Positions 42,641-55,570 of a DNA stretch of 64,000 nt are shown here, piece after piece; positions within the stretch are counted from its first letter, which is position 1, and the number at the start of each line of letters is the position of its first letter. The stretch is from Octopus vulgaris (taxonomy: Eukaryota). The position numbers and the translations under genes are program-made. Below the pieces are notes generated by a model. It was not told the origin of the DNA. It made no database searches and worked only from the letters and a program-made list of their open reading frames with translations. The DNA is taken from contig OX597817.1 in the NCBI GenBank assembly GCA_951406725.2, forward strand, positions 21,018,001-21,082,000. Direction: 5' to 3'.

Positions 42641-42981
42641 CATTTTGGTTACACATACGGGGCTGAGATGAACAACATACACATATTTTTCATGGATATA
42701 TAAGTGTGAATATTTGTAAATCCTCTGTGGACACGTTGTGTTTGTTTGGTATGTATAAATGTTTATATTTATATATTTCTTGTTACCATTGCACTGAAAA
42801 ATGGAGAGCGTGTTGTAGAGCTGACCATGAAATCGTTTCGAAATGCAACTGAAACATTTGAACAGAATTTTTCTTTAGTCATTCTCCCGACTTCAGTACT
42901 TGTGAATGTTTGCTTAAGTAGTTTGACGTTAGCGTCCCTTTCCATCGTTTGGATTTACTTAGAAACACTTAATATTATAAT

Positions 42982-43080
<99 letters not shown>

Positions 43081-45414
43081 ATATAAGATCCCTGCATTCG
43101 ATGAACAATTTCCCTTCTTTGATGCCTTGTGCAATACCATTTTCTCCACAATAAATTTCCAGGACTTGGCCCGTAAAATGGCCGACAAGGAGAGAAAAAT
43201 GTGAAAAAATAAAAGAATTACCAAAACTTGCAATCTCTCAGTTACTTTGGGGCTACCTTATATTTATATACATATATATGTGTGAGTGTGTATGTGTCTG
43301 TAGATAGATATATATATAGCTAAAAAGATAGATAGACAGATATATAAATACATAGATAGATAGACAGATAGATACTTGTGAACTGGTGTGTTGATATATG
43401 TATTACTGTGTATGAGCGAGTGCCTCTATTTATGCCTTAACGTATGTGTGCATGAGCTTTTTCACACACATTAAAATGTCATGTTATATTCAAAACCGAA
43501 GCAATACCTGTCACTAAGTCACTAACGTTGCCCTTTTAAAAGTTCTCGTTCGCACGCTTCTTTTGAATTATTTATGAATACCTTAACACCTTCTATTTTT
43601 GGTGAAATGAGGAGACGGAAAGTGTATTTTCAGTTTCGTAGTAGATCTTTGAGTTGTAATCATCATCATTTTACCACCTTTGTTTAAAAATTACTCTGCG
43701 TCTCATTTCTTTCTCTTACAGATATGTATGCCTTCGTACGGCATCATGTTTTTGATTAATACTAATCGTAAATATGTGTGCAGCCAGTTTTCACATTTCT
43801 CTTATAATGTATATAGGTCTGTAACACTGGAAAACTGTTGGTATACGTCATACTTTATCAAATTCAAAGTATCATAAAATTCCAACTTCTGAGATTCTTG
43901 AAAATAATAAGTCTCTAAATATATAGTTGCAGATAATTTAAATAGTCTTTTAGTGACACACAAGGGATCGTATGTCAGATTAAGGCCACTAAATGATAAA
44001 AATCCCAATTTATACATATAAACTGCTTACAAATATAAACTACTTTGTGAAACAATATGATTGCTGGTGACTATAAGCTGAACGGAATACAATTATATAT
44101 GAATCACAGCTTTAAGTTTCGTTAATATAATCAAATAGCAATCACAGTAAAGGGAGACGATAGATGATACACTGAAATAATTTTTTTTCACAACTATTTT
44201 ACAATACTATCGAAAATATTGTATTAAAGCTTATATTAAAAATAAACTGCAAATAGTAATTTCCTTACTTGTATAAAATACATGTACCTGTATCGCTATT
44301 TCTGCTGTTTGCTCGCTTCATTTACTTCAGTAATGCACTTTGGAAAAAGCACTAATCTCAGTACCATTAATTTACTCTCGCAAAGCATGTCTTTATGATT
44401 ATCATAAATAATCAGGTATCCATATTTTTACTTGTTTAAATTTTTTTTTTTTACTTTGATTTATTTTTATTTGGAATCATTCTCTCTCAGTTTTCAAATG
44501 TTGTATATTAAAAAAAAATGTAAAATTACTGTAGCTATTTCTCACACACACTTCTTGATGAAAGCCTACACATCATACTTTCTTAACATCTAATTTACCA
44601 TGACTCCCATGCGTAACTGGTTCAATGCAATTCAAACTGTAGCGAACAGAAATAATGTGTTTCCTTTGTGTGATATACGTGACTGACCAACAATGGAAAA
44701 TTGAGGTAGCTTGAACGTTTAGGAAACGTAATCAAATTTTTTTGGTATCGATTTTCTTTAGCATATTCTCCATTTTGTGCTTCTTCATTAGTTTCATCAG
44801 ATATCTAAAGATATATAATTTACATTACTTAAATTTATGAATACTTGCATAATTTGATGTTTCTACTATAATGTAAAGGATGAGGTAACCATTTATATAA
44901 GTATCACGAGTTATGCATCTCGTTCCGTAATAGCTTACTATTTTCTGTTGTACAGTATGACTTGATGCTTCTCTCAGGGTAATTACGTCCATTTATATTC
45001 TTCCTAACTAGCTAACTACAGTAAATTTCAAATTCGTTTCATCTGATATGGACAAGCCTCATTTTAATAATATATTCAAAATCATATTCTATTTGTTAGG
45101 TATATTAAGCTATCCATGATTTAATATCAAAGCATCCAGGAAAATGTATGTGTTATGTATTACGGTGAAGCAACCGGAGCTTTCTGTTTGGCATCACTCT
45201 CTGCTCAAGCTGGGCGTTATAACATTATAACGATATTGTCCAGTTGGTTTTTCCACGATACCAATTTACATAAAATGCCCCTCATACACGTCAGAAAGTG
45301 ATAAAGTCTTTCTTCAACCATTAGCGGCCAAATTATGCTGAACTGTTTTATATTAAATTCAATGACCACTAACCAGAAACTGTGTCTGTGACATGCTATC
45401 TCGTCCTGAATAAT

Positions 45415-45453
<39 letters not shown>

Positions 45454-45462
<9 letters not shown>

Positions 45463-46004
45463 GCAAACGAAAAAAATTCTAATGCCAAATATGCCGAAAA
45501 ATTGGACATATTGTCCATTTACCATATAATGTTTTTCAGTACGCACGCTACTCGAAAAAAGGTCGACAGAAATTTCTAAAATTTCCATTATTACCATATT
45601 GGACCGATATCAGGGTTAGTTCAAAAAGAACTCTCCCTTCGTTAGTGATACATGTAGCAAAGAAGTAAATGAGATACTTACTCATACCCATGGTAGAAGC
45701 AAAACAAGTCATGAGCACAACTAAGTACGCCAAATAAATCCAAAATAGAAATACTCCAGCCCATTCAAGACACGTGCGATTTGAACTGAGGCACTCACAG
45801 AATGGGAGAGTCCGGAAGTAAACACTATTAAACTTATATCTATTGTAGGATAGAATTTTTTCGAAAAATGTTTTTATCAATGGCCAGCATATTAAAAAAT
45901 ACGTTTAAAGGTTAAATCATAAACAATTTATATATAAGGGCAAACGAAAAAAATTTCTAATGCCAAATATGCCGAAAAATTGGACATATTGTCCATTTAT
46001 CATA

Positions 46005-46008
<4 letters not shown>
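45454..46008. mobile_element. Non-coding element with ~78-bp terminal direct repeats (~477-bp unit) in (TA)n
   Basis: 45454-45530 matches 45929-46008 with about 2 differences; (TA)n on both sides. Confidence 0.8.
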
Positions 46009-46074
<66 letters not shown>

Positions 46075-46078
<4 letters not shown>

Positions 46079-47484
46079 TTAGATAAAACTTAGATATGTT
46101 TCGACCAAATACTGGTCCAGGCCATGTCTAACTTAATAGCACCACCTGAAAGGATTATCTAAATCCTGTTTAAATCAAGTTTTGTTTATGATCCATTCAA
46201 GTACTGAATTTTTGTTCAGTGAGTTGTATCCAAGTATGGGTGGCTTATCCGGTATTCCTTGAAGAAATCTGTCCAGACTCCGTTTAAAGTTGATGGGATC
46301 CTTTTCCTCTTTGATCTCTTTCGGGACAACGTTAAACAAGGCAGGGCCTGTTGAGAAAAACAAATTTTGTTGCAGTGTACCTATATGCTGTGACCCTGAA
46401 TTGGGCAGGGGACGTATGGATCGTGGTCCCAGCCTTGGATGAACTTTGAAACTAATATTCAGGTCGTCGGAGCAAAGTTGGCGGTATATTCTCTACATCA
46501 TGCAAATGATGTACCGCTCGCGGCGGCGCTGGAGAGAGTATAGTTTCAAGGCTTTAAGGCGGTCCCAATAATCGAGAGCATCATGCCTTCAATTCGTTTA
46601 GTGAGTGCCTTCTGGAGTGATTCAATCCTCGAGATGTTTTGTCTTGTATGGGGAGACCACAGTGGGCAGCAGTATTCGAGGTGTAGCCGTACAAAGGATG
46701 AGAAAAGTGGTATGATGACACCTTCTTCTCTGGACCGGAAGGTTCTTAAGATTCAGGAGTTCATCCTACAAGCAATATCAACCTTATTGTTGGTGTGGGC
46801 ACTCCAACTAAGATTGTCATCAACAATTACGCCCATGTCACTGATATTGTTAGAGGCTGTGAGCGGTTCCCCTGAAGGAAGAGAGTATGGCTGTTTTAGT
46901 GTGGACTTTCTTCCAAAATGCATCTGCTCAAATTTTCCATCGTTCAGTTGCATTTTGTTTTTGTCTGCCCATTGACTCACAGCATATAGATCAGACTGGA
47001 GTTGAGTTCGGTCTGCTTCTTCATTGATGATTTGCTGGAGCTTAGTGTCATCAACAAATAGTTCCACCTTGCAGGGATGTACGACACTGGAAAGGCCATT
47101 TACGTAAATTATGAAGAGGAGCGGGCTCAAGACAGTCCCCTGGGGGACACCACTGGTGAGTTTTGCTGGGCTTGAGTGGACTCCATCGACAACAACATGC
47201 TGTGTTCTATTCGCCAGGAAATACTTAATCCAGTGTAGAAGTTTTCTACAGATTCCAACATTTGCCAATTTTGAGAGTAGGATATTATAGTAAACCCTGT
47301 CGAACGCTTTACTGAGGTCAAGATATATGACATCAGCGTTCGAACCTGTTCCCAAGGCTTTGATTACATCTTCAATGTGATGTAAGAGTTGTGTTAGACA
47401 GTCCCTGCCACAGCGAAAGCCATGCTGATTTGCATTTAGGAGTTTGTGGGTTTCCAGAAAATCAGCTATCCTTGATCTTAACAC
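46075..47484 (-). mobile_element. CR1 LINE, 5'-truncated; RT domain through 3' tail
   Basis: 243-aa ORF with QHGFR, YLDLSKAFDRV, SGVPQGTVLSPLLF, FVDD; EYCCPLWSP; GPALFNVVP; 3' terminal (tctaagtttta)2. Confidence 0.95.
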
Positions 47485-47520
47485 TCTTTCAATGTGTTTG
47501 CGTGTCCATGTTTGTGTGTG

Positions 47521-47572
<52 letters not shown>

Positions 47573-47584
47573 GTACCACTGTCT

Positions 47585-47624
<40 letters not shown>

Positions 47625-47628
<4 letters not shown>

Positions 47629-48937
47629 TGTTTTGTCTGGGTAGTCATTCCGTTTTAGTGCCTTATAGTTTAACATACCGAATAAATGTCTACTCATTTG
47701 CTTCTTAAGTTTTCGAAAATATCCGTTGTATCTTGCAACCTTTTCAATGGTTGTTGTCACTGTGCGTTAGTTACACTACGTTCTCCTTTTTTTGTTCTCT
47801 TTTTTGTTGATTGGTGTAGGTGTGTATGTGCATACACATATATATATAGGTATGTATGCATGCATGTTCGTGTATGCATGTATGTGCATGTTTATATGTT
47901 TATATGTGCGTACGTTTGTATGTATTCTGCGCATTCATTTGCTTGCATGTCCATGTTTGTGTTTGTGTGCGTGTGTGCCCCACTGTCTCCTTGTGTACGT
48001 GCATGTCTGAGTCTTTGTGTGCATGTGCACGGATTTTTTGCAACTATGTACTGTGTATGGATGTGTATGTGTGGACGAGTGTCTCCATGTGTGACCTTCT
48101 GTGAAGTAAAGTGTGTGTATATATGGTCATGTGCTTCAGTCTTCATTTATGTATGTGGGTTTATCTGTTCCTATAACCTATGTACCTACCCGTCTATATG
48201 CCTATCGTTTTACTTTCATATGCTTATATACATGTGCATATAGATATACATATATACACTCACACGTACACATACATACATCTATCTACATAACAATCCA
48301 CTAACTATTCTATTCTACCTGTATAAACTGTGGGTATGGGGGTATGATATCATGTCTTTACACGTACCTATGCATCACATGCTGTAAACTACATTTCTAG
48401 TTCTACAGCTAATGCCAGGGCTAATCCTACATGTTTTCACAAGGACACATATGGAGACATACGTCCACACTTATGGAGATACACATATGTACAAACACAG
48501 TACATAGTTGGAAAACAACCCACACATATTCACACTCAGACATGCACACACAAGGTGACAGAGGTAAACACACACACACACACATACATAAAAACACACA
48601 AATACGGAAGACAAACACATGAATATGCAGAATACGTACACACAAATATACCTACGTACATACATATATACATATGCACACACATACATGCATACACACA
48701 TGCATGTATACATACATACATGTGTATGCACACACACACACATACTGACCAAAAAGCAAAAAAGAGAACAAGCAAAAAAAAGAACGCATTATGAATAACG
48801 GACAACTACTGAAAAGATTGCAAGATCCAATGAAAATTGTAGAAAAATAAAGGAAGAAATGAGTGGAAATTTTACCGGTGTGTGTGTTAAGTTATAAGTT
48901 AATAAAAGAGAATGACTCCTCAGACACAACAGAATAT
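47625..48937. repeat. Diverged inverted pair of one repeat family (~47625-48100 and ~48440-48937)
   Basis: ctgttttgtctgggtagtcattcc... aligns with the reverse complement of ...gaatgactcctcagacacaacag; internal motifs are mirrored. Confidence 0.75.
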
Positions 48938-48987
48938 GCTTCAACACATGATCTCACATAAAGAAACTTACAAATTAAATCCCAAAA

Positions 48988-49045
<58 letters not shown>

Positions 49046-49050
<5 letters not shown>

Positions 49051-49260
49051 GAAATGAAGAAAATGCTGACAAATAATTGAAGTAATTTAAGTAATTTAAT
49101 TAGGTGAAAGTTCTATTTACCGGTTGCGCATTTGTTATGCTTATCAAAATATCATATTTTGATAAGCATAACAAATGCGCAACCGGTAAATAGAACTTTC
49201 ACCTAATTAAATTACTTAAATTACTTCAATTATTTGTCAGCATTTTCTTCATTTCCTTTT
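49046..49260. repeat. Perfect 215-bp palindrome (107-bp arms, 1-nt centre at 49153)
   Basis: Base-by-base reverse complementarity; flanked by (TA)n. Confidence 0.95.
49155..49192 (+). ncRNA. Hammerhead-like motif, U3-A8 with A13C; mirror copy on the minus strand at 49114-49151
   Basis: UAUU UUGAUAA GCAU aacaa AUGC GCAA CCGG UA AAUA. Confidence 0.65.
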
Positions 49261-49297
49261 TTATATATCACCACTCGTGTTCGACATCTCCTTTTTT

Positions 49298-49375
<78 letters not shown>

Positions 49376-50744
49376 TTGATAATTTCCTGTATATTATAGC
49401 CGTGACTCGTAACGGTTTCAATTGGTTATGGCGTTTATTTATTTTGTGTCATTAGCGAAGCCATGATTTGTATTCATAGATTGGAGAGATATTATAAAAT
49501 ATTTAAAAACCTATACTATGAACGTACACTTGTTGCAATGCATCTTGTAATATTTGAAATACTTGTTCATGTAATTGTTATTTTCTATTACATGAAGACA
49601 GAGAGTGAAACTTGGAACTTGCTCGAACCTGTATGATGTAGTATGCGCGATTTCTAATATTACATAAAATATGTTTTCTTTTAAACATAAATTGATTCTC
49701 AACAATATATTGGTTATTTAATTTGAGTTTCTGGCCTCTCAATACAAGTTATCAGTGTGACAATAAACAATCATTTCCATTTCCTGCTGTATTCGAATGG
49801 ATAATGTTTGTTTAAATATACTCCAATAGTCTTAAATTATGCTGCTAATTACGTTGGCTGCTACGTTTCTATGCTTAGGAAAGAAAGTGGCTTTTTTAAA
49901 ATCTATGCTAAAACACAGAGCTTCAGCAGATAATTAGGGAAATATGTTTTAAGCTGAGATGCATTTTATGTGAAGTGTGTGATTTGAATGTTTTAATGAC
50001 AACCGTTTCCGAAACTTGTCCTTTCTAAATAAAACATCAATCTCTTCATTATCTTCATATTCTCAATTCTTTCAAATATTGAAACTTAAGAGACTAGACT
50101 TCAAAAATAACAATACAATATCGAATAAAATGTATAATTTTGAATAAATCAAGTATCATATTTCACGATGTTATTTCGAAGAATATTTCCGCTGTCAAAT
50201 TTCAGTCATCAATTACGTATTTTCATATATAATTAGAAATGTTTGAACTGGTTTAGTTCTCTTTTGACAGAACTAGTCACCTGTAAATGTCTGTTCCCTA
50301 ATCACATCTAAGATTATTGCTCTCTCATAGTTATACATTAAACGAATATTTATAGATACTTTATTGTTATTTTCATTTCGTTCATTTCACCACCATTTAT
50401 TCTATAGCGACTGACAACATGATTTTTTTTTCGATTTCTATAAAACCTCCATAAATTTCATTGCTTCTGAACAATTCTAAGTCGGGCAAAGATATGCAAA
50501 ATATTTCATATTATCGTTGTTCTTCAGATGTATATATGGTAAGTGATTTAATTGCAAAGATTTCATGGGGAATAAATTAAGCATTTAAAGTAAATCGATA
50601 TCACTTTATTTTGGATATGGCTATATTTTATTCGAGGCGATGTCTAAAATTGGAATCTAATTTTAAATGTTTACAGTTATCAAGAGCCTTAAAGGTTTTA
50701 TTTCGGTTTCTAATTTAGACAAAAAGCCAGTAATTTTCAGAAGT

Positions 50745-50895
50745 GTGGACTGGTCTATACCATCAACTCCTGTACCTAACAAGCCCTCTATTGGACCGAA
50801 AAGATGAAAGGATAACTTAAATTGAACTCACAAAGTAAAGAGCCGAAAGAATAGTGCAGAACATTTTTTTCAGTTTCTAGTGATTGTGCCAGCTA
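50745..50895 (-). mobile_element. Highly degenerate SINE family 2 copy
   Basis: gaccgaaaagatgaaagg...ttgaactcacaaagtaaagagc...gattgtgccagct. Confidence 0.55.
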
Positions 50896-52890
50896 GGTTC
50901 ATATTTCCAGCAATAGGTCCTCTGGACATCTTAACGCTACGCTACATTGTACTCTTTCCTGAAATGCCAAAATTTTGAAGTAAACCATCTGGTAAATTTA
51001 CCCTCCTGTTTCCCATTATTTATTAACTTTCAATTATGCCAACACATATGCAGAATACACTTCAATAACAAACTTACTCCAGCATGCTCCTACAATACAT
51101 CATCCACAGGTGAAACGAAAGCAAAGTATATGAACAGAGACTTTAAAAGAATCTTCCAAAAATGACGTACACTAACGTTATATCTTTCGAGGATGTGCAA
51201 CTAAAAACAACATTTATAGTAAAGAATCATCATAAAATAATGCAACACTTAATCAAGATCAGCATGCAACTAAAGATTTTATAATCACTTCCAACAGTGT
51301 ATTTCATTAAAGCTGTGGCTAATTCTTAGAAAAGCAAATGTTCAACGTACATAGGGCTGAATGTTAACCATATGCTCTTCTAATCAAGGATGCAAAGAAA
51401 TCCGGCCTCAAATAAACTTAACACTTTCACAGCTGCTGTAATTTTGATATCCATTAATACGTCCACAAAAGGGATACCAATTTATCATCACGAAGTAAAT
51501 ATGGGACAAATTCCAGTTTATGTTCAACAGGACAAACCTCACCTCTCACTCTTTCTCTCTCTCTCTCTCTCTCTCTCTGTCTCGCTCTCTCTCACTGGCT
51601 TTCATATCATTGCTATAATCACCTCAGTCCGGGGAGCATGTTCATGTCATGCCAACACTATTCACACTTTCATCATAGCTCCCTTTCTCCCATTCACATC
51701 ACACTTGTTTTCTGGAACCATTTCTCTCCTGCAGTTTTTGACTTGCAAACGTTCGAGAGGAACATAAATGATAACACCCATAAAGGCTTCAGGAGGGTTT
51801 ACAAAGGACATGGGAATTGTCCTTGTCCAGCGCCAAGAAGCAGATAGGCAAAAAATTAGGTTTACCGGTAACACACACTGAGAACTGCATGCACCAGACT
51901 ATGTATGGCTAAACCGGTAACAATTATGACGTGAGATAAAACTTGAAGTACGCCAGAGATTAAATTGTCGCACATTGCCTTGTAATATATTATCATTAGG
52001 ATCCATGGCTGAAAGACAGAGATAATCAAGAGATTCACATTTACAACAAGTTGACATTATTAGTAAGATCTGTAATATCCAATTGCTTTCTCTCTCTACC
52101 TCACTTTTTCCCCAGCGACTTTCATCCTTTATAGACATGCACATATACACACACACGCACATATACACACACACACGCACATCAAATTATATATTCACAC
52201 ATAGACACGCACATTCATATGATTACCAATATTAACATATATAAGAACGTCAAGGTTGCAGAGCAAGGCAAGCAAAATGCTTAGTGTTAATTGGTCCGTC
52301 TGTTCGTTCTGCGCTCAAATTTTACCCCATTATTTACAGTTTTACATCTCACAGTTTAGTTCTTAAAAGCTCTCATACAAATGTTGAGAACCCATATCTG
52401 ATAATCATCAATGTGAATTTCACACACACACACACACACTCTCTCTCCCTCTCTCTATCTTTCTCTCACACACACACTCTCTCTCTCTCACACACACATA
52501 CACAAACACACACACAAATATATATACATGCACATATAAGGTCAAGATATTATTTCAGTGGAGACACTCTGACAAAATTAACGCGAACGCATACAACCAC
52601 TCGGAGTTTCTGTTATTACAGTATTTATAGCATTGGTGTAGATGTGATCGACCTAACGCCTTCCCATTGATACTGTAGCCAATTTAAAGGGCCACTACAT
52701 CCATACGGTAAATAGTGACAACACAACGTCCGTGCATAATTAAAGAACATCGAAAGACAAATTGTTGCTAGTTACTTAATCCCAAATCTTTTTTCATTTT
52801 AACTAAATCACCAACCCTCCTTTTCTGAAAGAATAAATTGTCCTTTATTGTTTGAGTTTTATAAGATACCTTCAAACAATAACGTCAATA

Positions 52891-53263
52891 GGCGCAAGAG
52901 TGGCTGTGTAGTAAGTAGCTTGTTTACCAACCACATGGTTCCGGGTTCAGTCCCACTGCGTGGCATCTTGGGCAAGTGTCTTCTACTATAGCCTCGGGCC
53001 GACCAAAACCTTGTGAGTGGATTTGGTAGACGGAAACTGAAAAAGAAGCCCGTCGTATATAGTATATATATATATATGCATGTGTGTGTTTGTGTGTCTG
53101 GTGTGTTTATGTCCCCGTTACCTAGCGGTTCGGCAAAAGAGAGCGATAGAATAAGTACTGGGCTTACAAAAGAATAAGTCCCGGGGTCGAGTTGCTCGAT
53201 TAAAGGCGGTGCTCTAGCATGGCCGCAATCAAATGACTGAAACGAGTAAAAGAAAGTAAAGAG
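52891..53263 (+). mobile_element. Near full-length SINE family 1 copy
   Basis: High identity to 1124-1531, with a short internal deletion. Confidence 0.92.
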
Positions 53264-54079
53264 ACTAACCCGCAATTTAGCGGTTCGGCAAAAGGGTCCG
53301 ACAGAATGAGTACTAGGTTTAAACCTTTAGCTATTGCCTAGTCATGTATGAACAGATAGTCCACGAGCTTTTGAAACTGTGGCCTATTAAAGTGGATAGA
53401 AACAAAAATCCGTATTAAAGTATTTTCGTGTCCTGAATCTTAGGCCACTTCACTCGTTTCCTACTGATCTTTCTTATATAAATCTAAGTAACAACAAACG
53501 AGAACAATGGGCTGACATGTTTCTGTCAAACTACAATAGATATACATACTCGATCTTACTAAATAATAAAATAGATAATGGTTGTATAGAAATTCTGTAA
53601 AAACATACGCATTCAGCAAATATAATTTCGTCTGAGATTGGTTCCGCCGGGAAAATTCCCAGTCAAACCCACTATATTTCAAATTTTCGACAGGTGAATA
53701 CTTAGCTAGCCAGAAAATCTTTTCAAGAAATACGTGTTGAGCACACCTATTTTTGTTTCGGAAGAATACAAAATATATCCTGCATAGAAAAAGAAAAAAA
53801 TAGATAAAAGAAATCAATGAAAATATGAATATATGTTTGGGCAATGTAAATGTGCATATATTATTTTCAGAAAGTATGTTTGTAACAAATATTAACGTAA
53901 TAAATATACATAAGTAGATACATAGATACATACAAACATAGATACATATATACATACATATATACGTACATACATACAAAGAGAAATACTTATATATGCA
54001 CAAAGATATGTATGTACTCTTGCATGTCTCTGCAGCGGGTATACGCATATGTATAAATAATCGTCTGTATATTTTTACA

Positions 54080-54166
<87 letters not shown>

Positions 54167-54741
54167 ATATTTCGGAATGGTCATTTTGCCAGTTTAGCCA
54201 ATAAAAACAGAAGCACTATATATTTGGTATTACTTTAAATTTCGTTATAGGGACCGGTAACCATTACAATCTGTAACGGCCAACAGTCAACACGTTGTTC
54301 TGAGATTGACCAAAGAATTTAAATATTCTAACGGTTAGTTTGCCCGACTTCAGTTCAATTTCTATAGCAAGTGGATTGTATGTGGAAAATCAGTATATTG
54401 GCTTTGGAATAATCTTCTTTAGCCCTCGCTTATAAGTTGTTTATAATTTTAACCGTAAAGGTATTTTTTAATATGCTGCCACATTTCTTGGTGGAATTCT
54501 TTTCTGTAGAGAAAAAAAAAACTTCATCCTATATTATTAGTAGTTATATATATATACATATATATATATACTTAGTTTGGCAGCAAATATATATCATTAA
54601 GTATGTGAATGTCTCTGCAGGCATAAATATAAACTTACTTGGAAATGGGCGTTTGGCGTTCATTTAAATAATAATATACGTAATATGTATGTATATGTAT
54701 ATATGTATATATATATATATATATATACTCGCACACGCAAA

Positions 54742-54942
54742 GAACGACCTTTCATCAGTTGTCGGCTGTCTATATACTCCTCATTTATTTCGAGCATTTA
54801 ACGACAATATGAGTCTTCGAAGACAGTTGCTCTAAATTTTGTTTGGGAATTGATGGGATCAACTGTTTTCGAAGACTCATATTTCGTTGAATGCTCGAAA
54901 TGAAGAGTAGATAGACAGCCGAGAACTGATGAAGATTCGTTC
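54742..54942. repeat. Imperfect inverted repeat (~85-bp arms, 30-nt loop)
   Basis: 54742-54829 is complementary to 54860-54942 with scattered mismatches. Confidence 0.9.
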
Positions 54943-55570
54943 GTTCTGTCACTTGTCCTGTTTTCCATTTTTCTCTCGTTATTTGCGTATTTAACTCGTT
55001 TGTTTTCATGTTCCATATTTACATAGTTTGTGACGTCCTGAACCCTGATATGCATATATATATATATATATATATATAGATATATATATACAATAATAAA
55101 TCTCTGAAAGAGGTATAAACAGGAACTGCACGACAATGTGAGGTATATTTGCCATCTCGATATGGCTAACCACAAAGGCTGGGTGTTACTGTAGTCTGTA
55201 GCCCCAGGAGGATATCTCCTCCAGCTGGCTATAGGCACACTTTCTGTGCCCTATCAATACCCAAAAACTTCGTTTCTTCTTTTTCCGATGCTAGGCTTCT
55301 TTTGAATACTAGTCAATCATTGGAAATAAGTCCATAACAAATGTAATAATTGTGTTATTTTCCGCTAACATATGTATGATCAACAACATATCAAAGAATT
55401 GTTTTACTTCGACGAATGAGATGAATAAATTTAAACTCCCCTAATATTTCGTGCGAAAGCAAAATGATGAATAATCCTCCAGGAATGAACCGTAAAAGAC
55501 GAAAGTATGGAGAAAAATAGATTTAGTCAGAAATCAGTTCATTCTATCAAAAAATTGGTGCCCTTTGATG

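Noticed and set aside
44264-44292. Possible 19-nt minus-strand microexon (cag|...|gtaagg)
   Set aside because: No polypyrimidine tract and a weaker donor
49407-49458. Minus-strand ucg CUAAUGA ... GAAA CCGU UA cga hammerhead-like pattern
   Set aside because: G5 is mutated and no stem II can form; may be chance
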